From positions 1 through 34,331 of IMG/VR virus record IMGVR_UViG_3300020045_001687: a stretch of 34,331 nucleotides of DNA; one strand, written 5' to 3'. This document shows positions 17,684 to 25,416 of the stretch, piece by piece. Origin of the DNA: a virus (taxonomy: Duplodnaviria; Caudoviricetes). Below the pieces are notes generated by a model, which made no database searches, had not been told where the DNA came from, and saw nothing but the letters and a program-made list of their open reading frames with translations. Within the stretch, counting starts at the first letter, position 1. Every line of letters begins with the position of its first letter. The position numbers and the translations under genes are program-made.

Positions 17684-18466
17684 ATGCAGCCTCTTTTAGA
17701 TGGAGATATTTTACGCTACGAATGTGGTTATGCCGCTGAAGCCGGGTGGCAACACCCTGGCTTCCCTCCTTGGGAATATGTACAGGAGCTTTTGACAAAT
17801 AAGATTAACCACATATGTGCTATCACAAATGCTACAGAACCCCCAATACTTTTCCTTACAGGAAAGAGCAATTTCCGCAATGACATTGCTAAACGCCAGC
17901 CGTATAAAACAAGAGCTGGAAAAAAGCCTTGGCACTTCAAGAATCTCACAGCCTACATGCAAGCAGTGTATGACGTGCGAATGCAAGAAGGACTTGAAGC
18001 AGATGACCTCATGTCAATTGAGCAAACCAAACGAGGAACAGAAACAGTCATTTGTACAAGAGACAAAGATTTGCGAAGTGTTTCGGGCTGGCAGTTTGGA
18101 TGGGAGCTGGGTAATCAGCCTCAGTATGGTCCGTTGGTTGTGGACGAAACTGGAGCCATCCGATTGTCTAGTGACAGAAAATCCATCAAAGGTGAGGGTT
18201 TACTGTTTTTCTGTTCCCAGCTACTTACGGGTGATCAGACAGATTCGATCCTTGGACTGGAAGGAACAGGGGCTGTAGGAGCCTTTAAAATCTTAGAAGG
18301 TAGTAGGACATACCTAGAGGCTTTTAATCGTGTCAGAGAGGCTTACAAGGGCCTCTACGGGGATTCTGGAGATGAATATCTTCTAGAGTCTGGTAGATTG
18401 TTATGGATGACTAGAGAGCTTAACGAAGACGGTTCTCCAGTATTGTGGAATTTTCCTAATGAATAA
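17684..18466 (+). CDS. 5'-3' exonuclease (T7 gp6-like)
   Basis: LLDGDIL, NFRN, YK.R, LEADD, RDKDL and TGD.TD.I.G motifs. Confidence 0.92.
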   Translation: MQPLLDGDILRYECGYAAEAGWQHPGFPPWEYVQELLTNKINHICAITNATEPPILFLTGKSNFRNDIAKRQPYKTRAGKKPWHFKNLTAYMQAVYDVRMQEGLEADDLMSIEQTKRGTETVICTRDKDLRSVSGWQFGWELGNQPQYGPLVVDETGAIRLSSDRKSIKGEGLLFFCSQLLTGDQTDSILGLEGTGAVGAFKILEGSRTYLEAFNRVREAYKGLYGDSGDEYLLESGRLLWMTRELNEDGSPVLWNFPNE

Positions 18467-18602
18467 ATACAACACATGGACTATTGATTTCTGGGGTGCT
18501 CTTATTATGAGTGCTTTAGTAGAAAACATCTGGATTAGCTTACTGTTTACTACAGCTGCTATTTTCTCTGGATGGATGGCTGTTAAAGATGAACTTGAAT
18601 GA
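18459..18602 (+). CDS. Small hydrophobic (membrane) protein, 47 aa
   Basis: MNKYNTWTIDFWGALIMSALVENIWISLLFTTAAIFSGWMAVKDELE. Fills the gap and overlaps both neighbours. Below the ORF-track cutoff. Confidence 0.65.
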   Translation: MNKYNTWTIDFWGALIMSALVENIWISLLFTTAAIFSGWMAVKDELE

Positions 18603-18955
18603 AACGTGAGGTATATAATGACTCTCAATGGACCCAAGGTAGGTTTAATAGCTTTATCACTAGTTTGCTTCGCTCTGGTAGTAGACGTTGGCCTCCTAAA
18701 TATCAAGCTCTGGCAAATGCAAGAACAGCTAAACGAGTTAACCCAGCTTCAGGCAGAATTGCCCAGCATTTTAAATGCAATCATTGCGGCGGTGAATTCG
18801 TTGCTAAGCTCGTCCAAGTCGATCATATAAAGCCTATGGGAAAGGATAGGACATGGGATGACTTCATTAACGAATTATTCTGTGAAATTGATAATCTACA
18901 AGTGCTCTGTGTTCCGTGTCATAAAATTAAAAGCCAACAAGAACGAAAGAATTAA
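18599..18955 (+). CDS. HNH endonuclease
   Basis: CNHC...VDHI...NLQVLCVPCH..K. Confidence 0.88.
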   Translation: MKREVYNDSQWTQGRFNSFITSLLRSGSRRWPPKYQALANARTAKRVNPASGRIAQHFKCNHCGGEFVAKLVQVDHIKPMGKDRTWDDFINELFCEIDNLQVLCVPCHKIKSQQERKN

Positions 18956-19218
18956 TGGAACAAAATACATACAAGGGTTACGTACTTTTTAATGATCAAG
19001 ACCCTATGCTTCGTTCCCGTAATCGAGGTGTAGTGTTGTCTAATATTGCTGAGGATCATCTGAATGATGACAAGAAAATTACACCTAAAGGAGCTGCTCT
19101 ATTGATGGGATACTTCTCTTGTATTCCTCCCCAAGAGCGTAAAGATGTTTCCATCCACTTTGTAAAATTTATGAATAATAAAGGATTTGCAATTGTTAAA
19201 CCAACCCAGCAGTCTTGA
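18955..19218 (+). CDS. Hypothetical protein
   Basis: TAATG coupling to the upstream gene. Confidence 0.75.
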   Translation: MEQNTYKGYVLFNDQDPMLRSRNRGVVLSNIAEDHLNDDKKITPKGAALLMGYFSCIPPQERKDVSIHFVKFMNNKGFAIVKPTQQS

Positions 19219-19501
19219 TGCTGCATATGAGAGGCACGCTATGGAACAAGGGCTTGTAACCACTCCTGTATTTCCTGAGAATAAGAAATGGGGGCAACCA
19301 GCCCCTGTTAGGAATACTCATCCTATTCTCTGGAATAAAGTACAAATTGATTTCATTGAGCGTAATCAAATGGGTGTAGAGAAATATGGAACACCTCTTC
19401 AGCCTTTCAATGGACGTGATGCATTGAAAGATGCTTATGAAGAAGCTCTAGACCTAGTTGTTTACCTTCGTCAAGCTATTTATGAACGGGATGGTAAGTA
19501 A
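19187..19501 (+). CDS. Putative all-alpha NTP pyrophosphohydrolase-like protein
   Basis: G.EKYGTPL...DAYEEALDLVVYL (EExxD). Start codon uncertain (TTG 19187 or ATG 19241). Confidence 0.6.
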   Translation: MQLLNQPSSLDAAYERHAMEQGLVTTPVFPENKKWGQPAPVRNTHPILWNKVQIDFIERNQMGVEKYGTPLQPFNGRDALKDAYEEALDLVVYLRQAIYERDGK

Positions 19502-20610
19502 TGAAAACCGCTAATATCAGCGTAGAGTGTATTGACTACTGTGGCTCTGATCTTTCCGTCGTCAATGCAGCAAGGGTTAGTTTCAATAAAGAGAGTGAAC
19601 GAGTAGACATTCCTAATGTGTTTAGTATTTCTAATAAGTGTCTTTCTGAAAAAGACATTAAACTTATTAACTATCTAGCTAAGCACAATCATAAATCTCC
19701 TTTCAACCATGCTTTTCTTTCCTTTCGTGTAAAGGCTCCGTTGTTCGTAGCTAGGCAGCTTGGGAAGCACGAGTACCTTCCTTGGAACGAAGTAAGTCGA
19801 AGATATGTAGACGAAGAAGTTGAGCTTTACTTTCCGGATTTTTGGAGGAAGAAAGCTGAAAATGTAAAACAAGGGTCTTCTAATTTAGAGATCAAACCAA
19901 ATACTTATGGTAATGGTATTTGTGTAAAATGTGGAAATGATGTCCCACGTAAATCAGCAGGACCACGAGGTAAATGGTGTAGTGATGCTTGTAGAGCTTC
20001 ATACAGAAAAGAGCACGATCCAGATCACCGTCTTCACACAGCGAAATTTAATGCACAAAAGAGAGCCCTCTCTTTTAATCTTAACAGAGGCGATATAGAA
20101 TGGGTGACACACTGCCCAATCCTTGGAATTGAATTAGAATATAATTCATACGAAAGCTCAAATGATAATTCTCCATCAATTGATCGTATCAATCCTTTAA
20201 TTGGTTACGAGAAAGATAATGTTTGGGTAATAAGCAACAAAGCTAATAGGATGAAGAATGATGCAAGTAAAGAAGATTTAGTTAAATTTGCACGATCTAT
20301 ATTGCTAACATTTAATGGTCAAATTGTACCAGAGAATGGTGATGTCTATAGCTCTTGTGAACATATGGTTAAGCACTATGAATGGCTTCTTAAAGAAGGA
20401 GTAGCTCCCGAGCAAGCTCGTATGGTGCTACCCCAGAACATGATGACCTCTTGGATTTGGAGTGGTACATTGTTTGCTTTCGTTAAGATGCTTAAACTTC
20501 GTCTTGATCCTCACACTCAACAAGAGACACAGGAAGTAGCTAAGCAAATTAGTAAATACGTAGAGATGTTTTTCCCGGCTTCTTATCAAGCACTAATGGA
20601 GAATAAATGA
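19501..20610 (+). CDS. thyX: FAD-dependent thymidylate synthase with in-frame Zn-ribbon/His-Me nuclease-like insertion
   Basis: GSDLSVVNAARVSF, HKSPF.H, ARQLGKH...NEVSRRY and KQGS, then a ~140-aa insert, then GVAPEQARMVLPQ and LRL..H.Q.E. Confidence 0.92.
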   Translation: MKTANISVECIDYCGSDLSVVNAARVSFNKESERVDIPNVFSISNKCLSEKDIKLINYLAKHNHKSPFNHAFLSFRVKAPLFVARQLGKHEYLPWNEVSRRYVDEEVELYFPDFWRKKAENVKQGSSNLEIKPNTYGNGICVKCGNDVPRKSAGPRGKWCSDACRASYRKEHDPDHRLHTAKFNAQKRALSFNLNRGDIEWVTHCPILGIELEYNSYESSNDNSPSIDRINPLIGYEKDNVWVISNKANRMKNDASKEDLVKFARSILLTFNGQIVPENGDVYSSCEHMVKHYEWLLKEGVAPEQARMVLPQNMMTSWIWSGTLFAFVKMLKLRLDPHTQQETQEVAKQISKYVEMFFPASYQALMENK

Positions 20611-20996
20611 AACTAATTGTAGCAGGAAGTAGATCAGGATTTACACAAGACCAAGTTTCTGGTGTTCTTGATGAACTAGTTGATCCTTTAGAAACTGAAG
20701 AAGTGGTTTCAGGAAGTGCTATTGGAGTTGATAAATATGGAGAACTTTGGGCTTATAGTAATAATATTGATGTTAAGCGGTTTCCTGCTGATTGGAAGGC
20801 GCTAGGTAAACGAGCAGGATTTAAACGTAATGCTGACATGGGTAAATATGCTGATGGACTTATTGCCTTCTGGGATGGCAAGTCTAAAGGAACACAGCAT
20901 ATGATTAACGTAATGTCAGACCTTAATAAAGAAACTGTCATTGTTACTCCTTATGTTCCTGAGGAAGATGATGATGAGGAAGAACAAGATGATTAA
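20607..20996 (+). CDS. SLOG/YspA-like (DUF2493-type) protein
   Basis: MKLIVAGSR, VSG.A.GVD, AG..RN..M and AFWDGKSKGT.HMI motifs. Confidence 0.82.
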   Translation: MKLIVAGSRSGFTQDQVSGVLDELVDPLETEEVVSGSAIGVDKYGELWAYSNNIDVKRFPADWKALGKRAGFKRNADMGKYADGLIAFWDGKSKGTQHMINVMSDLNKETVIVTPYVPEEDDDEEEQDD

Positions 20997-21014
20997 ATAC
21001 CTAAAGGAATTTAA

Positions 21015-21779
21015 ATGACTAAACACTTCGTCCTACCCGACGTACAAGCAAAGCCCGGAAACGACTTTACCTTCCTTAATAGGATCGGTCAATATATTGC
21101 AGATAAACAACCTGAAGTAATTGTATGTCTAGGGGATTTTGCAGATATGCCCTCTCTTAGTTCCTACGATGTAGGTAAGAGGCAATTTGAAGGACGTAGG
21201 TATGTAGATGATATTAAAGCTGCACATGATGCTATGTTCCAGCTTATGCTTCCTATTCATATTTATAACCGTCAACAAACTAAGAATAAGAAGAAAACAT
21301 ACAATCCTCGTATGGTGCTAACTCTTGGTAATCATGAAAACCGTATTCAACGAGCTATTGATAATGATCCTAAAATCGAAGGAGTAATTAGTGTTGAAGA
21401 TTTGGAATATGTTAAGTTTGGTTGGGAAGTCTATCCTTTCCTTGATGTCGTGGTTATTGATGACATTGCTTATAGTCACTATTTTACCACTGGTGTGGCT
21501 GGTAGGCCCGCTTCTTCAGCTAACGCTCAGCTTAGCAAGAAACACATGTCCTGTATTGCAGGCCATCAACAAGGACTCAAAATTGCAACAGATCACAGAG
21601 CGGACGGTAAACGCCTTACTTCCATAATTGCAGGGAGTTGCTACACTCATGATGAGGAATTTATGGGAGCACAAGGGAATAAACACTGGCGTGGATGCTT
21701 GATGCTTCACGAAGTGAATGATGGTCAATTTGACTTAATGCCGGTTTCATTGAATTACTTGGAAAAGAAATATGGATAA
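21015..21779 (+). CDS. Calcineurin-like metallophosphoesterase
   Basis: PD.Q, LGDFAD, GNHE, YSH and GH motifs. Confidence 0.88.
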   Translation: MTKHFVLPDVQAKPGNDFTFLNRIGQYIADKQPEVIVCLGDFADMPSLSSYDVGKRQFEGRRYVDDIKAAHDAMFQLMLPIHIYNRQQTKNKKKTYNPRMVLTLGNHENRIQRAIDNDPKIEGVISVEDLEYVKFGWEVYPFLDVVVIDDIAYSHYFTTGVAGRPASSANAQLSKKHMSCIAGHQQGLKIATDHRADGKRLTSIIAGSCYTHDEEFMGAQGNKHWRGCLMLHEVNDGQFDLMPVSLNYLEKKYG

Positions 21780-22107
21780 CAAATGGGGTATGGTGTATTT
21801 GCTGAATGATTATCAAGCGGCTGCAATGGGTGTGAGGCTTGACTCAGCAGATGAGCGTTACGCTCTAGATGGTTTGGTTGGTGAGGTGGGAGAGCTATTC
21901 TCTCTCCTTGCTAAGGCTCGTAGGGATGGTGAGAAACCTGATCATAGCTTGCTGCTTAAGAAAGAGCTAGGAGATGTATTTTGGTTTTTAGCAGCTATTG
22001 CAACAGATAACGGATGGACACTTTCAGACATTGCTAATAGTAATATTGTGAAACTTTATAAACGAAAAGAAAACAACACTTTGAGTGGATCGGGTGACTA
22101 TAGGTGA
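21772..22107 (+). CDS. mazG: MazG-like nucleotide pyrophosphohydrolase
   Basis: GLVGEVGE...KELGDVFW...N..KL..R...L.GSGD.R. Confidence 0.88.
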   Translation: MDNKWGMVYLLNDYQAAAMGVRLDSADERYALDGLVGEVGELFSLLAKARRDGEKPDHSLLLKKELGDVFWFLAAIATDNGWTLSDIANSNIVKLYKRKENNTLSGSGDYR

Positions 22108-22511
22108 GTTGTATAATTCCAAATACAGTTAGCGTAGATAAAGACGGATATCCTAGGCTAAAACACAATAAAAGGATTTGGAGGATGAATAGGTTAATGT
22201 GGACTTTGGTTTATGGGCCCATACCGGAAGGTTTAGTAGTGGGGCATTCCTGTAACAACAAAGGATGTATTAATACTAATCACATGTACCTCTGTACACC
22301 TGAAGCTAATTCCTCAGATGCTGCGAGAGACGGTCTGTATAAATCAGGGTTTGATCATTATAAATCTAAAGTATCAAAAGAAGACCAGGTAGCCATGTGG
22401 GAGATGTATCACACTGATATTATTTCCCAGGAAAAGATTGCAGAGTTGTTTAATATTTCACAATCTACAGTATCAGATCATATTAGGAAAGTTGAAAAGG
22501 ACTATCGGTAA
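22104..22511 (+). CDS. HNH homing endonuclease with C-terminal HTH
   Basis: GPIPEGLVVGHSCNNKGCIN.NH.....EANSSD and SQEKIAELFNISQSTVS. GTG start. Confidence 0.85.
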   Translation: MSCIIPNTVSVDKDGYPRLKHNKRIWRMNRLMWTLVYGPIPEGLVVGHSCNNKGCINTNHMYLCTPEANSSDAARDGLYKSGFDHYKSKVSKEDQVAMWEMYHTDIISQEKIAELFNISQSTVSDHIRKVEKDYR

Positions 22512-24188
22512 ATGACAAAAGAATTTAAAACATCACTAGCTGAAAATATTTTCAATCTTAAATACCGTCAAGGTGTTTCTGATTCATGGAGTAAACTTTC
22601 AGAACGTATTGTAGAAGATGTATGTGGATCACGGTGGGGTACACTTCCTAATCTAATGAGCCTATCTGAGCGTAAGCAATTGACAGAATACATCAAGAAT
22701 ATGAACTTTTTGCCAGGAGGACGGTATATCTACTATGCTGGTCGTCCTTTTAAAGGATTTAATAATTGTTTCATTGGAATTGCTAAAGAGGATACTCGTG
22801 AAGAGTGGGCTAATCTTGCACACTGGTCTATGTCCTGCCTTACTACAGGTGGAGGTATTGGAATTGATTACAGTGTATTCCGTCCTAAAGGTTCCGTACT
22901 GTCCCGTACAGGAGGTGTAGCTAGTGGGCCTATTCCTCTTATGCAATCTATTAACGAGATTGGTCGCAATGTACAGCAAGGGGGTAGCCGACGAAGTGCA
23001 ATCTATGCAAGTCTTAATTGGAAACACGGAGATATTAATGAGTTCTTAACAATTAAGAATTGGAGTGAACTCACTAAGCAGCAAAAGTCATCTGACTTTA
23101 ATTACCCAGCCACTCTAGACATGACTAACATCTCTGTTAATTACGACGACGAATCATTAGGTGGACATATTAAAGATGTTAATGGTAAAATTATTAGTAA
23201 CGAGCTTGCTGATAATCCTGTATTCAAACAGAATGTACGTCAAGCAATGGAGACAGGGGAGCCTGGGTTTAGTTTTAACTTTGGTGATAAACAAAACGAA
23301 ACAGGTCGGAACGCTTGCACCGAGGTAACTTCATCTGATCACGCTGACTGCTGTAATTTGGGGAGTATTAACTTAAGCTCAATCAAAACCATTGAAGAGT
23401 TTAAAAGTATTGTTAATCTCGCTTCTAAGTTTCTCGTATGTGGTACACTAAGAGCACACCTTCCTACAGAAGAGACTTACAAAATTCGAGAAAAGAATCG
23501 CCGTCTCGGTCTTGGTCTTACTGGTATGCATGAGTGGCTTATGCAACGAGGGAGTAAATACGAAGTAACAGAAGAGCTACACAAATGGCTTGAAGTATAC
23601 AAGACTGAAAGTGAGAAAGCTGCTAATGAGCACTGTGATCGATTCTACTTGAATCATCCGGCAGGTTATCGAGCGATTGCTCCAGCAGGTTCTCTTAGTA
23701 TTCTTGCAAGTACAACTTCTGGTATTGAACCCCTCTTCGCTGTCGCATACAAGCGACGATTTCTCACAGAAGGAACTAAATGGAAATATCAATATGTTGT
23801 TGATGGAACAGCTCAAACGCTAATTAGTCAATATGGAATTAAACCAGAGTCTATTGAAACAGCTCTTGACCTAAGTACAGATTATGAACGACGACTTAAA
23901 TTCCAAGCAGGGGTACAAGATTACGTTGATATGTCAATCTCATCAACCATCAACCTCCCTTCTTGGGGATCAGATGGAAACAATGAATCTAAAGTATCAG
24001 AGTTTACACGAACGCTTGCTAAATACGCTCCTCGTCTACGAGGGTTTACAGCTTATCCAGATGGAAGTCGAGGAGGTCAACCTTTGACATCTGTTCCTTA
24101 CGAAGAAGCTCTTGAGCATAAAGACACTGTGTATGACGAAGTAATGGACGTATGTTCACTAACTGGTGGTGGAACATGCGGGAGTTAG
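22512..24188 (+). CDS. nrdJ: Class II (adenosylcobalamin-dependent) ribonucleotide reductase
   Basis: NNCF, GGGIG, GGSRRSA, thiyl-loop NACTE, CNLG, IAPAG, SGIEP and C-terminal Cys pair. No small-subunit gene nearby. Confidence 0.9.
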   Translation: MTKEFKTSLAENIFNLKYRQGVSDSWSKLSERIVEDVCGSRWGTLPNLMSLSERKQLTEYIKNMNFLPGGRYIYYAGRPFKGFNNCFIGIAKEDTREEWANLAHWSMSCLTTGGGIGIDYSVFRPKGSVLSRTGGVASGPIPLMQSINEIGRNVQQGGSRRSAIYASLNWKHGDINEFLTIKNWSELTKQQKSSDFNYPATLDMTNISVNYDDESLGGHIKDVNGKIISNELADNPVFKQNVRQAMETGEPGFSFNFGDKQNETGRNACTEVTSSDHADCCNLGSINLSSIKTIEEFKSIVNLASKFLVCGTLRAHLPTEETYKIREKNRRLGLGLTGMHEWLMQRGSKYEVTEELHKWLEVYKTESEKAANEHCDRFYLNHPAGYRAIAPAGSLSILASTTSGIEPLFAVAYKRRFLTEGTKWKYQYVVDGTAQTLISQYGIKPESIETALDLSTDYERRLKFQAGVQDYVDMSISSTINLPSWGSDGNNESKVSEFTRTLAKYAPRLRGFTAYPDGSRGGQPLTSVPYEEALEHKDTVYDEVMDVCSLTGGGTCGS

Positions 24189-24361
24189 ATGTTGTAAAAT
24201 GGGGAGTATTTGATCTAAGTGAAGAAGATGGAACTGTTCATAGTGCCCCTGTTGTAAATGAACAACTGCTTACGCCTCATACACTTAGTGTCAGCTGCCC
24301 GTGTAACCCTGATATTGAGAAATGGAAACACCTATTTATTAATCACAATATGATTCAATAA
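24176..24361 (+). CDS. Small His/Cys-motif protein
   Basis: H...H....CPCNP...H pattern. ATG 24176. Confidence 0.6.
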   Translation: MRELDVVKWGVFDLSEEDGTVHSAPVVNEQLLTPHTLSVSCPCNPDIEKWKHLFINHNMIQ

Positions 24362-24373
24362 ATAATAGGCAAT

Positions 24374-24411
24374 AAAAAAGCCCTAGTACATCACTGTATT
24401 AGGGCTTTATT
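24374..24411. terminator. Bidirectional Rho-independent terminator between convergent arms
   Basis: aaagccctagtaca/tgtattagggcttt stem with A and T tracts at the point where gene orientation flips. Confidence 0.85.
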
Positions 24412-24416
24412 CATTT

Positions 24417-24539
24417 CTACTTCTTCTTTTTCTTACTAGAAGTTTTAGATTTATTCTCTATAGCGTAATAGACTTCCTTAGCCTTCTTAGCGCCATATTG
24501 CTTTTTCATAGCATCCATTTTAGACTTATTAACAGGCAC
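24417..24539 (-). CDS. Lysine-rich microprotein (40 aa)
   Basis: GTG start: MPVNKSKMDAMKKQYGAKKAKEVYYAIENK...KKKKK. Confidence 0.6.
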   Translation of the reverse strand: MPVNKSKMDAMKKQYGAKKAKEVYYAIENKSKTSSKKKKK

Positions 24540-24669
24540 CTTTTTTACCCATGCCTTTCTTCTCATCCTTTTTATAGGATTTAGTTTCTTTCTTCTCATG
24601 CATCTTAGAGCCAGACTTACCAGTCTTCTTCTCTTTCATGCCTTCTTTCATTGCTTTACTTGTTGCCAT
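24529..24669 (-). CDS. Lys/Met/Gly-rich microprotein (46 aa)
   Basis: MATSKAMKEGMKEKK...MHEKKETK...KKGAC. Starts 1 nt after the phoH stop. Confidence 0.65.
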   Translation of the reverse strand: MATSKAMKEGMKEKKTGKSGSKMHEKKETKSYKKDEKKGMGKKGAC

Positions 24670-24670
24670 A

Positions 24671-25342
24671 TTAACGCTCATACTCCATAATAATTTCTTT
24701 ACACAATCTACTACGAACAATGTCATGAGGAGTAAACTCCACTGTAAAGATTCCTGGAATCCTCTTCAATCGTTTAATCGTACTATCTAAACCTGAGTCA
24801 GGAATGTCTACCTGCCTGCTATCCCCAGAGAAGATTATTTTAGTCCCTTCTCCAACTCGTGTAAGAATAAGCTTAAACTCTCGTTCAGTCATATTCTGAC
24901 ATTCGTCTACAAGAACAATAGCATTATCAAATGTAGCTCCTCGCATAAAACCTAGAGGCTTAGGAGCAATTTGTCCTCGCTTCTTGAGTAGCTCGTACAT
25001 AGACTTACCAAAAGCTCTTTCAAACACTCCATCAAACGGCTCCAGATAAGGAGCATATTTCTCTTCAAGCTCACCGGGCAGAAACCCCATAGAACGTGAC
25101 GCCTCAACATTAGGTCTAGTAACAATTACTTGCCCTATCTCCCTGTAGAAAAGCTTCTCCGCTGCGTATGAAGCTGCAACATAGGTTTTCCCTGTGCCTG
25201 CACTACCAACACCAAACACTACATCATTCTCTTGAATAGCTTCAAGATAGAGCTGCTGAGCTAAATTCTTAGGCTCTACGCTTGTAAAGCCACGAATAGG
25301 TTCAACAACTTGACGTTGACGAGTTAGTTTAGAACTTGCCAT
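24671..25342 (-). CDS. phoH: PhoH-like ATPase
   Basis: GSAGTGKT, GFLPG.LEEK, FMRGATF, DECQN, GD..Q.D and DIVRS motifs. Confidence 0.95.
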   Translation of the reverse strand: MASSKLTRQRQVVEPIRGFTSVEPKNLAQQLYLEAIQENDVVFGVGSAGTGKTYVAASYAAEKLFYREIGQVIVTRPNVEASRSMGFLPGELEEKYAPYLEPFDGVFERAFGKSMYELLKKRGQIAPKPLGFMRGATFDNAIVLVDECQNMTEREFKLILTRVGEGTKIIFSGDSRQVDIPDSGLDSTIKRLKRIPGIFTVEFTPHDIVRSRLCKEIIMEYER

Positions 25343-25416
25343 CTAATTCCTTAAGAGTTAACCCACCTTGAAACAGACGGGTTGGTTTATAATCATCGTG
25401 CTGAGGGGATTGGGTT

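Noticed and set aside
19885-20340. Intein or group I intron in thyX
   Set aside because: No splicing motifs and no non-coding core. Reported instead as an in-frame domain insertion.
1149-24087. Many short alternative-frame and antisense ORFs overlapping the AT-rich genes
   Set aside because: They overlap well-supported genes and lack RBS and motifs.
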